This document shows, piece after piece, positions 25,774 to 35,840 of a stretch of 37,170 nt of DNA. Origin of the DNA: a virus (taxonomy: Duplodnaviria; Caudoviricetes); IMG/VR virus record IMGVR_UViG_3300025723_002011, positions 1-37,170 of that record. One strand, 5' to 3'. A program made the translations under genes and the position numbers. Within the stretch, counting starts at the first letter, position 1, and each line of letters begins with the position of its first letter. Below the pieces are notes generated by a model. It ran no database searches. It worked only from the letters and a program-made list of their open reading frames with translations, and had not been told where the DNA came from.

Positions 25774-27144
25774 TTATAAATTATAATTTTTTAAAAAATA
25801 ATTTAAATCTTCAGGAGTTCCAAGCCCCCACATTTTATCAATCTGTTTAATTCTAATTTTTTTATTATCTTGTATTGCTTCATTATATACAGGACAAACA
25901 TAAAATTCATTATTGACACGGATATTTTTTTGTATCATTTGTTCTGCATATTTGACATAATCGCTTCCTTTGGTCCAATAATAAATTCCCACTGTGGCAT
26001 CGTTACTTATAACTTTTTTCTCGGCCACTTCAGAAACAAAACCATCTTTACCAGTTTGAGCATAACTCCATTTAGGATGATGAGATTTAAAAGTTAAAAT
26101 ACCCCCATCTATATTATCAGCTGAAAATGCATACATACATTCGTTGCTGTTCCATTCTACATACTGATCACTATTTGCTATCAACAATGGATCATTATTA
26201 TTAATTAAATCTTTAGCAAGTAAGGTTGTGCATGCTGCTCCTTCTGTAACTCCATCTATTTGTACGATATCACAGTTTGGCGCTATTAGATTTAATAGAT
26301 ATTTTAAGTTATACTTTTTGTAGTGTTCTTTTTGAACTAAGAAAATATAATGAGATTCTAAATTGAGATTATTTACTACAACTTCAATCATAGGTTTTCC
26401 GTTAACCTCGATCAATGGTTTAGGAAATGTATAACCTGCATGAGCAAATCTACTGCCTGCTCCCGCCATAGGAATTAATACATTCATTTTTTTATTTCTC
26501 CAGGGAACCCTGTTCCTATCAACTACATTTAAAATATCTATAGCTTCTTGTATTTTTTCATTTGTTAGATCAGCGGTATCGATTACAGGAATCAAATAGG
26601 CTCCGCTATCTAATGCTCCTTGACGACCAATATGACTATCTTCAATAATTACTGTGTTTTTTGGAAGGCTGTTGCATTCTGTCATGCACTTCCAGTACAT
26701 TTCTGGGTAGGGTTTGGCACGCTTGACATCTTCATTGCTAACAAAATAATCTACAAATTCTATTATGCCTATACTTAAAAGTGATAATTTGATTGTTTCT
26801 CTTATACTATTGCTAGCTACAGCAATTTTAAAATCTTGTTTTTTTAAATTAGAGAATATTTCTATTAACTTTTGATCCTTGGAAAATTTTTTAATTAAGT
26901 CAAAAGTTGCAGTTTGTTTGTCTTGCCATATTTGATTAAAATAAAATTTCTCTAATTCTTTGCGTTCAGAAAGCATTTCTAATTTTTTAGTGGTGCTTAA
27001 CCCGTCATAATAGCTCAAATGTTCTTCTCGAGAAATTACATATTTTGCTCCGACTTTTTCTAAAGCAGAATTAAGAGCATAAAAATGCAAATCTCTACTT
27101 TCAATTAGGACTCCGTCTAAATCAAATATAATTAATTTATTCAT
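25774..27144 (-). CDS. HAD phosphatase fused to a sugar-phosphate nucleotidyltransferase-like domain
   Basis: IFDLDGVL, KPYPE, IEDS..G, then LIPMAGAGSRF..PKPLIEV and GLGTPEDL; start reassigned to ATG 27144. Confidence 0.88.
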   Translation of the reverse strand: MNKLIIFDLDGVLIESRDLHFYALNSALEKVGAKYVISREEHLSYYDGLSTTKKLEMLSERKELEKFYFNQIWQDKQTATFDLIKKFSKDQKLIEIFSNLKKQDFKIAVASNSIRETIKLSLLSIGIIEFVDYFVSNEDVKRAKPYPEMYWKCMTECNSLPKNTVIIEDSHIGRQGALDSGAYLIPVIDTADLTNEKIQEAIDILNVVDRNRVPWRNKKMNVLIPMAGAGSRFAHAGYTFPKPLIEVNGKPMIEVVVNNLNLESHYIFLVQKEHYKKYNLKYLLNLIAPNCDIVQIDGVTEGAACTTLLAKDLINNNDPLLIANSDQYVEWNSNECMYAFSADNIDGGILTFKSHHPKWSYAQTGKDGFVSEVAEKKVISNDATVGIYYWTKGSDYVKYAEQMIQKNIRVNNEFYVCPVYNEAIQDNKKIRIKQIDKMWGLGTPEDLNYFLKNYNL

Positions 27145-27230
27145 TATTTGATATATCTGCCATTTCCGGGGTCGTGCAACATGTTTACTGTGCTGCAAGT
27201 ACGGAGTATTATTAAAAGATTTCTAAACAT
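27144..27230 (-). pseudogene. 28-aa mini-ORF, possibly a truncated gene remnant
   Basis: MFRNLLIILRTCSTVNMLHDPGNGRYIK*; starts just after the upstream stop and is TAATG-coupled to the next gene. Confidence 0.4.
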
Positions 27231-27236
27231 TGTTTA

Positions 27237-28178
27237 TCACCATATAAAATTTTCTTTATAATATTCGACAATTAGTTTAAGTTCAAAATCAAAATTTGCT
27301 TTAGGCTTCCACCCTAGTAATTGTAATTTAGAATCGTTGACTGCATAGCGAACGTCTTGACCCGGACGTGTTATATTTAGATCTAAATATTGTTCAGGCG
27401 ATCCTGTTAATCCCATTAATTTAACAATCTTGTTAGCAACGACAATATTTTGTTCTTCAAAATTTCCTGATATATTATAAATCTCATTGGTTACTCCTGA
27501 ATGTATAATAGTAATTATTGCCGAGGCAGTATCGCTAGCATGTAACCAAGTCCTATAAGGCATTCCCTTATCGTGCAAAGGAGCAGACTTTCCTAAATTA
27601 AGATATTTAATAGTATGAGGAATAAATTTTTCTGTATACTGACCTATTCCATAGTTATTAGTAGGGCGAACAATCACATATGGAATTTTATAAGTTCTAG
27701 CCCAAGCGCCAATCAACATGTCAGCCGCTGCTTTGGTTGCGGAATATGGGTTACTTGGTTTCAATAGATCGTTTTCGGTATGAGCTCCTTCGACTAAATC
27801 GCCGTACACTTCATCTGTAGAAAAATGCAAAAGCGTAGGCATACGAAATTTATGTTTTTCTTTAATTAAATTTAAAAGATGATGAACTCCACCGATGTTA
27901 CTACGAACAAAAACATCACTCGATGCAATAGAATTGTCTACATGAGTCTCTGCCGCGGTATTTATAACATAATCACATTCGTAAATAACATCAATGTCAT
28001 TTATGTCTTTTTCTTCAAATATAAAACGATCATAATTTAAGAGTTCTGGCAGTAAATTCCAGTTAGCCGCATAAGTTCCTTTATCAATTCCTCGAACATA
28101 CCAGCCCTGTTCAAGACAAGCCTTAGTTACGTGGTAACCTATAAATCCTAAACATCCTGTAATATAAACTACCTTCAT
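27237..28178 (-). CDS. rfbB: NDP-glucose 4,6-dehydratase (RmlB/RfbB-like)
   Basis: TGCLGFIG, AAETHVDNSI, STDEVYG, YSATK, NNYG, RPGQDVRY. Confidence 0.9.
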   Translation of the reverse strand: MKVVYITGCLGFIGYHVTKACLEQGWYVRGIDKGTYAANWNLLPELLNYDRFIFEEKDINDIDVIYECDYVINTAAETHVDNSIASSDVFVRSNIGGVHHLLNLIKEKHKFRMPTLLHFSTDEVYGDLVEGAHTENDLLKPSNPYSATKAAADMLIGAWARTYKIPYVIVRPTNNYGIGQYTEKFIPHTIKYLNLGKSAPLHDKGMPYRTWLHASDTASAIITIIHSGVTNEIYNISGNFEEQNIVVANKIVKLMGLTGSPEQYLDLNITRPGQDVRYAVNDSKLQLLGWKPKANFDFELKLIVEYYKENFIW

Positions 28179-28253
28179 TACTGATCCTTTTTTTAATTTT
28201 TAATCCCGATCTATACTGTTCAGTTTGGAATGAACCCTATATGACTCATTCCA

Positions 28254-29570
28254 CTAAACATATGATTTCATAAATTTATCAACTATTTCACCAATGTAAG
28301 CAATTTGCTCTGGACTTATTACCGGACTGGTTCCATGAAAGAAAGTATGTGTCATAGTATAAGTGGCGACAGGGAAATTATCTCTTGCTTGAACGGGATT
28401 CATCAGATGACTATATGCCGGCTGCAACATAATATTTCCAGCAAAGTAAGGGCGAGTTTGAATTAAATTTTCCTCTAAAAAGTCAACTAATTGTGTACGA
28501 TTGAATGGAGCATTTTCACGTATGGTAAGAGGAAAAGCAAACCAACTGGGATCGCTTTTTTCTTGTGCTCTTGGAAGATAAAAGAATTCTTCATATTTTT
28601 CATAGATATTAAACAACAATTGATAGTTTCGCTGTCTTAAATTATGAATTAGAGGAAGTTTTTTAATTTGTTCTAATCCTATAGCGGCTTGTAGTTCTAT
28701 AGGTTTCAAATTAAAACCAATTTCATCGTAAACATACTTGTGATCAAATATTTCTCCAGGCATTTCTGGAATCCATTCGTTAAATCTTTTGTTACAGGTT
28801 CCGTTCTTGAGTTTATTTGCCTTGGCCCCTACACAATAACATCCACGTCCCCATTCACGAAAGCTACGTATAATATTATGCTGATTAGGATCGCTGGTTG
28901 CAACAAAGCCGCCTTCTCCCATGGTCATATGGTGTGCAGGATAAAAACTGCAAGATGCCATGAACCCAAAACTTCCTAATGGCTGCCCGTCGTACGTTGT
29001 TCCTAGACCGTCGCAGCAATCTTCAAGAAGAACCATATCATACTTTTTAACCAGTGCCATAACGTCATCCATGTTAGGAGGATTGCCCAACACATGCGCA
29101 AATGTAAAGACCTTGATATTGTGTTTTTTGATTAGTTCTTCAGCTTTGGTCAAATCAACATTTAACGTTTTAACTTCGATATCTAAAAATACTGGTTCAA
29201 AGCCCATCTGCAATGTGGGATTCAAAGTGGTAGGAAACCCTGCAATAGGCATTAACACCTTTGTACCTTTAGGAAAGTTATAACCTCTTTTACTGGTCAA
29301 AGATGCCATCATTAAAAGATTAGCAGAAGATCCGCTGTTGGTTAATATTCCTAGTTTTTTGCCGAACTGTTTAGGAAATACGTTTTCAAATCTTACTCCG
29401 CAATTCCCCATCACTAACCAGCCCTTCAGTAAGGCCTCGACTCCTGCCACATACTCAGAAGAATCAAATAACGCGCCGGCGTAATTGACAAAATCTTTTC
29501 CTGCTACCCAAATTTTCTTTTTTTGTTCTTCTTCGATATAACTTCGAACTTGATCTAAAATCTCTTTCAT
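28254..29570 (-). CDS. rfbH: NDP-4-keto-6-deoxyglucose 3-dehydrase (RfbH/DdhC)
   Basis: NSGSSANL, EDCCD, SFYPAHHMTMGEGG (His at the usual PLP-Lys position), WGRGCYC..TC, DHKYVY..GFNLK. Confidence 0.9.
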   Translation of the reverse strand: MKEILDQVRSYIEEEQKKKIWVAGKDFVNYAGALFDSSEYVAGVEALLKGWLVMGNCGVRFENVFPKQFGKKLGILTNSGSSANLLMMASLTSKRGYNFPKGTKVLMPIAGFPTTLNPTLQMGFEPVFLDIEVKTLNVDLTKAEELIKKHNIKVFTFAHVLGNPPNMDDVMALVKKYDMVLLEDCCDGLGTTYDGQPLGSFGFMASCSFYPAHHMTMGEGGFVATSDPNQHNIIRSFREWGRGCYCVGAKANKLKNGTCNKRFNEWIPEMPGEIFDHKYVYDEIGFNLKPIELQAAIGLEQIKKLPLIHNLRQRNYQLLFNIYEKYEEFFYLPRAQEKSDPSWFAFPLTIRENAPFNRTQLVDFLEENLIQTRPYFAGNIMLQPAYSHLMNPVQARDNFPVATYTMTHTFFHGTSPVISPEQIAYIGEIVDKFMKSYV

Positions 29571-29937
29571 TTTTTTCCTTATTTTTTATAATTTACTACT
29601 AATTAAAAAACTGTAGATAATCTTTTATGTTATAGATTTTTTTGTCTATTGTCAATCTTTATACATTTTGAAAAAACAAAAAATGCTTTATACATTTTGC
29701 ATAGTTTCCCAATCTAATGAAATAAATACATACATAATTATTTATATAGCACAAAATAAAAAACCTAAATGATTGGTATCTATCACTACTTTGGAAAACA
29801 ATTCAACCATTGTGGAATAAGTAGATCGAGAGTTTATTATTACAAAATGTTGCAGAGACGTGCGGTTGTAAAATAATTTGCTATTGCAAATACCCAATAA
29901 ATATCATAAACTATACAATTAATAAAAAGGAAAATAA

Positions 29938-30741
29938 ATGACAGTGAAAAACTTTACTACTATGGGAACATTTGGCGATACTATATATAGCCTGTGTCTA
30001 ATGAAAATGTTAGGCGGAGGTAATTTATATGTAAAATTAGATGCGCTCGATAATTTTTGTAAAACTGTGATTGGGTGGCCAAGTGCTGGCTCAGCTGTTG
30101 GTAGATACACACAAAATGATTACGAAAGTATTAAACCTTTGCTAGATGCACAAGATTATTTGCATGAAGTGGCAGTTTGGAACGGTCAGCAGGATGACCA
30201 TATTCAACTATTAGATCATTGGAAAATGCATCTCGTTAAAGGTTGGCAAGGAAATCAAACGGAATGCTATGCATTAACAATGGGAATGAACATTCATGAT
30301 CCTGCGATACGCAAGCAATTATTAATTGACCCTTGGTTAACTCCGGTTGACCCTATTAAGATTCCTGGAAAATTATATGTAGTGAACCGCACTTCCAGGC
30401 ATCATCACGGCGTTACGCCCAGCGAAGAATGGTATACATGGGTCAAAAATGGATTGTGTGATTACGGTGTATTCACAGGTTCTAGAGAAGAGCATTCTGA
30501 TTTTGAAAATTTATTTAACACCAAAATTGATTACTATCCAACAAAAAATTTATTAGAATTGGCACAAGTCATTCAAGGATGTGAGCAATTTATTGGAAAT
30601 CAAAGTGTTGCACTGAGTATCGCTATTGGATTAGGCAAAAGTTATCAATGTGAAGTTCGTAAAGATTATGAGCGCACACGAACTCCACATGGCGGCTACG
30701 GTGATACGTGGTTTCCTCGGGTCAACGGATTTTATTTCTAA
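29938..30741 (+). CDS. Putative glycosyltransferase (GT9/heptosyltransferase-like)
   Basis: GTFGDTIYSL; LLELAQVIQGCEQFIGNQS..IAIGLGK. Confidence 0.65.
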   Translation: MTVKNFTTMGTFGDTIYSLCLMKMLGGGNLYVKLDALDNFCKTVIGWPSAGSAVGRYTQNDYESIKPLLDAQDYLHEVAVWNGQQDDHIQLLDHWKMHLVKGWQGNQTECYALTMGMNIHDPAIRKQLLIDPWLTPVDPIKIPGKLYVVNRTSRHHHGVTPSEEWYTWVKNGLCDYGVFTGSREEHSDFENLFNTKIDYYPTKNLLELAQVIQGCEQFIGNQSVALSIAIGLGKSYQCEVRKDYERTRTPHGGYGDTWFPRVNGFYF

Positions 30742-30750
30742 AGGATTAAC

Positions 30751-31455
30751 ATGCACGCACTTATTACATTTCATAATGAAAAATATCAACCACTTGCCGA
30801 TTTAACCTGGGATCAAAACAGGTTGATGTATGCAGCCATTCACGGGTATGGAGCACATTGTAAAACAGACGATTTTATTGGCGTCTATGGAGTTGGATTA
30901 GAAAAAATTCATTTTACCAAACATATTCTTGAAAATCATCCAGAATACGAATGGGTTTGGTGGACCGGTACTGACACAATGATCACGAATTTTTCAACAC
31001 GCATTGAAGATCGCATTAACAATAACTATCATTTTATTGTTAGTGTAGACATTAATGGTATTAATGCTGATAGTTATTTGGTTCGCAATACGCCCGAAGG
31101 TAGAGGATTTATCGACGACATTATTTCGATACAAGACGAGGCAGTTCAGCATTGGGACCATGAACAATGGGCTATGTGTAATCTTTTGGGATTCCCTGGA
31201 ACTGGGCTGCCGGGATGGCCTTTTGGTAGAGATTTGCAAGTTGCAGAAAAGTATAGAAATATAGTAAAACTTATGCCGCAAAGATACATGAATGGTTTTA
31301 ATTATAAATTATATAGACAGTATGCAGTACATCGTGACAGGTTAGATTTTGACGGAAATTGGCAGTTTGGCGATTGGTTAATACATTGGCCTGCAACGAA
31401 TTTAGAAACCCGGATTCAATTAGCAAACTATTATAAAGATTACATAATCCAATAG
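30751..31455 (+). CDS. Putative GT-A glycosyltransferase (GT34-like)
   Basis: YAAIHGY, EWVWWTGTD, INADSYLVRN, HEQ, GDWLIHWP. Confidence 0.7.
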   Translation: MHALITFHNEKYQPLADLTWDQNRLMYAAIHGYGAHCKTDDFIGVYGVGLEKIHFTKHILENHPEYEWVWWTGTDTMITNFSTRIEDRINNNYHFIVSVDINGINADSYLVRNTPEGRGFIDDIISIQDEAVQHWDHEQWAMCNLLGFPGTGLPGWPFGRDLQVAEKYRNIVKLMPQRYMNGFNYKLYRQYAVHRDRLDFDGNWQFGDWLIHWPATNLETRIQLANYYKDYIIQ

Positions 31456-31546
31456 TTGCAAAACTTATAAAAAGACATACAAATATAATATATTTAAGAA
31501 CAACAACTAAATTAAATCCACATAGCTAATTTATGAGTATATATCA

Positions 31547-32359
31547 ATGAAAATTTTTATCACTGGTAGTTCGGGGTTTATAGGAAAGAATCTTGTTAAG
31601 TTTTATAAAAATTATACGATTTTTGAATTCCGTAAAGGCATGAACATCTCTGATGAAATACATAAGTTTGATCCTGATCTAATTATTAATTGTGCTGCTG
31701 AGATTTACAATAGTGATGTCATGTTTGAAACTAATGTAGACTTAGTTCGTAAATGTCTGGAATATGTAAAAAAAAATCCGTTAACTAAAATGATACAATT
31801 GGGATCAAGCTCAGAATACGGAACTTATGATAAAGCCACGAGTGAAACAGATGTTTTAAAACCTGAAAATATATATGCAGGAACCAAAGCTGCTGCTACT
31901 GTTCTGTGCCAGTCTTATGCAATCTTGTATAATTTAGACATAATTATAGTGCGTCCATATAGTCCGTATGGTCCTGGAGACACATCCCATAGATTATTTC
32001 CGTCACTATGGAGGTCTTTTATACTTGATGAACCTATGACGTTGGTCCAAGGAGTTCATGATTTTTGCTATATAGATGATTTTATCGAAGCTTTGGATAT
32101 AATAATTCACAGCAACAAACGGATTCCTGGAGAAATAATCAACATTAGTTCAGGAATACAAATCAGTAACCAACAGTTACTTACTGCATTTAAAACTGTT
32201 ACTGGGCGCGACGGTAAAGTTACCGTCGTTGATACATTTGTAACGCCTTTGATCTGGCAAGCCAATATTGAATATATAAGACAAAAGTATCAATGGAGCC
32301 CGAAAGAAACATTGCACAGTGGTATTAAGAAGTTTTTAAAGAGAGCAAATTATGAATAA
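31547..32359 (+). CDS. NAD-dependent epimerase/dehydratase or reductase (extended SDR)
   Basis: TGSSGFIG, GSSSEYG, YAGTK, SPYGPG, DFCYIDD. Confidence 0.9.
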   Translation: MKIFITGSSGFIGKNLVKFYKNYTIFEFRKGMNISDEIHKFDPDLIINCAAEIYNSDVMFETNVDLVRKCLEYVKKNPLTKMIQLGSSSEYGTYDKATSETDVLKPENIYAGTKAAATVLCQSYAILYNLDIIIVRPYSPYGPGDTSHRLFPSLWRSFILDEPMTLVQGVHDFCYIDDFIEALDIIIHSNKRIPGEIINISSGIQISNQQLLTAFKTVTGRDGKVTVVDTFVTPLIWQANIEYIRQKYQWSPKETLHSGIKKFLKRANYE

Positions 32360-32972
32360 AGCAGACTTAATCAATTTTGAAACTGAGATAGGCAATCTTT
32401 TTAATGCCGCTAAAATTAGAGCTCCAATTCATCTATACGCAAATAATGAAGAAAACATCATGAACGTTTTTGAAAAAATTGATTGTGAAAAAGATTGGGT
32501 ATGCTGTACTTGGAGGAATCACTATCAAGCATTGCTTAAAGGTATTCCGGCAGATTTGCTTAAAGAAAAAATCATACAGGGCAAGAGTATGGTTATGAAT
32601 TTGCCCGAATACAAGTTTATCTGTTCCAGTATAGTTGGAGGAATTCCTAGCATTGCAACAGGGCTTGCCTTAGCAGCTAAACTTAAAGCCAGTAATGAGC
32701 ACGTATGGTGTTGGGTTGGAGATATGAGCGCAGAAACCGGCGCATGGAGCGAAGCTTATCGTTATGCAGTCGCTCAAAATTTACCAATCACATTTGTTGT
32801 AGAAGATAATGAACTTAGCGTAATGACCCCTACTCACGAAGTATGGGGATCTCATAAATGGTATCTGCCTGAACAGGATTTACAGTACTACGAGAGCTCT
32901 CATCTTATATATTACAAATACAAAAATCAAAAATATCCTCATGCAGGAGCCGGAGTGCGAGTTCAGTTTTGA
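32352..32972 (+). CDS. Short ThDP-dependent E1 alpha-like subunit
   Basis: APIHL, TWRNHY, SSIVGG, ThDP motif GDMSAETG..VVEDN. Confidence 0.85.
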   Translation: MNKADLINFETEIGNLFNAAKIRAPIHLYANNEENIMNVFEKIDCEKDWVCCTWRNHYQALLKGIPADLLKEKIIQGKSMVMNLPEYKFICSSIVGGIPSIATGLALAAKLKASNEHVWCWVGDMSAETGAWSEAYRYAVAQNLPITFVVEDNELSVMTPTHEVWGSHKWYLPEQDLQYYESSHLIYYKYKNQKYPHAGAGVRVQF

Positions 32973-32990
32973 AACAAATAAAGGACAATA

Positions 32991-33524
32991 ATGGCAACTA
33001 CTCAAGAATATAATAATGCTTTAAAAAGAGCAATGAATTGGTTAGCAGAGCAAAATGACACTATTTTTTTAGGTCAAGCAGTGTCTTACGCAGGTACAGG
33101 ATGTTATGAAAGCCTCACGGAGGTTCCTGATAGTAAAAAATTAGAATTTCCAGTGGCAGAAAATTTGCAAATCGGAGTCAGTACAGGGTTAGCACTTAAC
33201 GGCTATGTTCCCATTAGTATAGTTCCTCGTTGGAATTTTTTACTATGTGCTGCGGATCAAATTATTAATCATCTTGATAAGATGCCATTAATGAACGAAA
33301 CTTGCCAACCCAAGGTAATAATTCGTGTTGCAGTTGGATCTGAAAATCCAGTGGACCCTCAAGATCAACACAAGGGAAATTTTTCACAAGCATTTAGATC
33401 AATGTGCAAAACTATGCGTGTTGTAGAGCTTACTGATCATACTCATATTGAAGAAAAATATAAAGAGGCATATTCACATTCTCTTAGTTCCATTATGGTA
33501 GAATTTCCTGATTACGGCAAATAA
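32991..33524 (+). CDS. ThDP-dependent E1 beta-like subunit (pyrimidine-binding domain only)
   Basis: IFLGQAV, EFPVAEN..G.STGLAL.G, DQIINH, PQDQH. Confidence 0.85.
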   Translation: MATTQEYNNALKRAMNWLAEQNDTIFLGQAVSYAGTGCYESLTEVPDSKKLEFPVAENLQIGVSTGLALNGYVPISIVPRWNFLLCAADQIINHLDKMPLMNETCQPKVIIRVAVGSENPVDPQDQHKGNFSQAFRSMCKTMRVVELTDHTHIEEKYKEAYSHSLSSIMVEFPDYGK

Positions 33525-33582
33525 AACATCTATAGTAAAAAATCTTATAATAAATATAGAAAAATTTCAAGGAGTAAATTAA

Positions 33583-34305
33583 ATGACAGGAATTTCTTTT
33601 TGTGTCCAGACCGGAGGACAAACAGATCATATAGTCCAGCGCTGTATTGATAGCATAACCAATTTAAACATTCCTGAATATGAAATTATTATTTGTGGCG
33701 GAGATACTACCTCGATTGAATTAAATGATATCGTTAAACATATACCATTCGACGAACACACTAATATCCGTTGGATAACTAGGAAAAAGAATATTTCTGT
33801 ATTAGCAGCAAAATACGAAATTTGTGTTGTTTTTCATGATTATATAATTTTTGATAAAGATTGGTATAATGGATTTAAAGAATTTGGAACTCATTGGGAT
33901 ATTTGTCATCATCAAACAATACAGCAAAATGGAATGAGAACAAGTGGATGGAGAGTACAACAATATCCCGGACTTCCTCATATTTGTATGATACCCTATG
34001 ATGTAGAAGGTTTAGAACAATTTATGCCTATACAGGGAAACTATTTCTGTATTAAGAGAACTAGATATTTAAAAGATCCACAAGATGAAGCATATGTAGG
34101 ATATGTTGCAAGTGACATGGAATGGAGTCGAAGGATAGTTCCAACTAGCCATATACGATGTAATCCAAAATGTATCGTTATTGAAGGTAAAGAAATGAAC
34201 GCACAAGACTTTGCAGCCACTAGACATGCGATTCAAGAGGCGTTACAATATGAACACGTTTTCCAGCAATTAAGAAATTGTCATGTAAAAAACTTAATTC
34301 TTTAA
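33583..34305 (+). CDS. Putative GT2-like glycosyltransferase
   Basis: ISFCV, CIDSI, YEIII, ITRKKN, AKYEICVVFHDY, DMEWS. Confidence 0.7.
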   Translation: MTGISFCVQTGGQTDHIVQRCIDSITNLNIPEYEIIICGGDTTSIELNDIVKHIPFDEHTNIRWITRKKNISVLAAKYEICVVFHDYIIFDKDWYNGFKEFGTHWDICHHQTIQQNGMRTSGWRVQQYPGLPHICMIPYDVEGLEQFMPIQGNYFCIKRTRYLKDPQDEAYVGYVASDMEWSRRIVPTSHIRCNPKCIVIEGKEMNAQDFAATRHAIQEALQYEHVFQQLRNCHVKNLIL

Positions 34306-34333
34306 AACATGTCAATCAATAAAAAGAAAAAAA

Positions 34334-35179
34334 ATGAAAATTTATGACTGTTTTACGTTTTATAACGAGCTTGATATTCTAGAACTGCGTCTCTCCGAGC
34401 ATTATGATCACGTTGATCATTTTGTTATCGCCGAAGCTAGCAAAACACATCAAGGAAGAGATAAACCATATTTTTTACAAGAAAATTGGGATAGATTTAA
34501 AAATTTCCACGACAAAATTATTCATATCAAAGTAGATGATATGCCTACACATCCTAATGCATGGGTTCCTGAAAATTTTCAAAGAGAAGCGCTTTCCAGG
34601 GGATTAACTGGTACAGAAGCTAATGATATCGTAATAATCTCTGACGCGGATGAAATAATGAGAGCTAATGCGTTCAATATTATAAGAAATAGTGAATTTA
34701 AACTTTATACGTGTAGATGCCCTATATTTTATTTTAAACTTAACTACATGATGATTCATCCTAATGCCTTTTGGATTAATCATGTAGCCGTACGAGCAGG
34801 CTTAGGATATTCTCCACAAACTTTAAGAAATATGACACATCAATTCAGTTCTATGCCTTACGATTATGTTAACAATGATATTTGCACAATACCACACGGA
34901 GGATGGCATTTTACTTATTTTGGAAATTCTGAACATGCTGCAAACAAACTACGAAATTTTGCACATCAAGAGTCAATTCACCTAGCTGATAAGGTATCAA
35001 CGGACGATTTTATCAAGCATAAAAGAGGCCTCGACTCTAATTGCGACGAAAGATTTGAATATATAGTTATAGATGAATATTTTCCAGAAACCATTTTAAA
35101 AAATAAAGAAAGATGGAAAGACTATATTATTCCCAATGCAACTGCACAAATCAAAGATTATCTTCCGGGATTAAAATAA
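34334..35179 (+). CDS. GT17-family glycosyltransferase (beta-1,4-GlcNAc transferase-like)
   Basis: YDCFTFYNELDILELRL, ENFQRE, ISDADEI, GGWHFTY, NFAHQE. Confidence 0.85.
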   Translation: MKIYDCFTFYNELDILELRLSEHYDHVDHFVIAEASKTHQGRDKPYFLQENWDRFKNFHDKIIHIKVDDMPTHPNAWVPENFQREALSRGLTGTEANDIVIISDADEIMRANAFNIIRNSEFKLYTCRCPIFYFKLNYMMIHPNAFWINHVAVRAGLGYSPQTLRNMTHQFSSMPYDYVNNDICTIPHGGWHFTYFGNSEHAANKLRNFAHQESIHLADKVSTDDFIKHKRGLDSNCDERFEYIVIDEYFPETILKNKERWKDYIIPNATAQIKDYLPGLK

Positions 35180-35274
35180 TTTTCAATACTTTTACACATT
35201 CCGGAACTACTGATAACAAACTAGAATATTATTTCCGGAATCAGACTGACTTAACAATTCTTAAAGGAGAATAA

Positions 35275-35838
35275 ATGGAACACTTTTATCAAAATATCGA
35301 TGGGTGGTTTAGTTATGAATGGCTTTATAAACAGGCTGTTCAGGAAGCACAAGATGGCGCAGTTTTTGTAGAAATAGGATCATGGAAAGGAAGAAGTAGT
35401 GCCTTTTTAACTGTTGAAGCACTAAACAGCGGAAAAAATATTTCTGTTACATGTATTGATACCTGGATGGGCAGTAGTGAACATCAAGAAGGCGCAGAAT
35501 GCCAAGATGAAACGGTTATAAATGGTACACTGTATCAGACCTTTGTCAAAAACATGAAACCGGTTTGGGGGAAATTCCATCATCTTAGAATTGATAGCGT
35601 TGATGCTGCTTCGTTGTTTGATGACAATAGTGTAGATTTTCTTATGATTGACGCTGCACACGAAACTGAATTAGTGATTCAAGATATTGAAGCTTGGCTA
35701 CCAAAAATGAAAAAAGGTGGCATGATGACCGGTGACGACTGCTGGATTGGATCCTCTCCTAGAGTAGCGGCAGAAAAAGCATTGGCAAAGTACGGAGTAC
35801 AATTTCCAAATAATCATTTTGTTGCAATTATTAAGTAA
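35275..35838 (+). CDS. Class I SAM-dependent methyltransferase (Methyltransf_24-like)
   Basis: VEIGSWKGRSS, IDTW, IDAAH, KKGG..GDD. Confidence 0.88.
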   Translation: MEHFYQNIDGWFSYEWLYKQAVQEAQDGAVFVEIGSWKGRSSAFLTVEALNSGKNISVTCIDTWMGSSEHQEGAECQDETVINGTLYQTFVKNMKPVWGKFHHLRIDSVDAASLFDDNSVDFLMIDAAHETELVIQDIEAWLPKMKKGGMMTGDDCWIGSSPRVAAEKALAKYGVQFPNNHFVAIIK

Positions 35839-35840
35839 CT

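Noticed and set aside
29769-29876. 35-aa ORF (MIGIYHYFGK..) in the divergent promoter region
   Set aside because: No clear RBS or motif; probably a chance ORF in regulatory DNA.
32352-33524. Central-metabolism pyruvate dehydrogenase
   Set aside because: Both subunits are much shorter than canonical E1, no E2/E3 is nearby, and the context is sugar-nucleotide synthesis.
376-35661. Many antisense or alternate-frame ORFs in the track (e.g. 376..648, 1009..1314, 8621..8971, 8634..9011, 12640..12978, 15887..16273, 28960..29283)
   Set aside because: They overlap well-supported genes and have no recognisable motifs.
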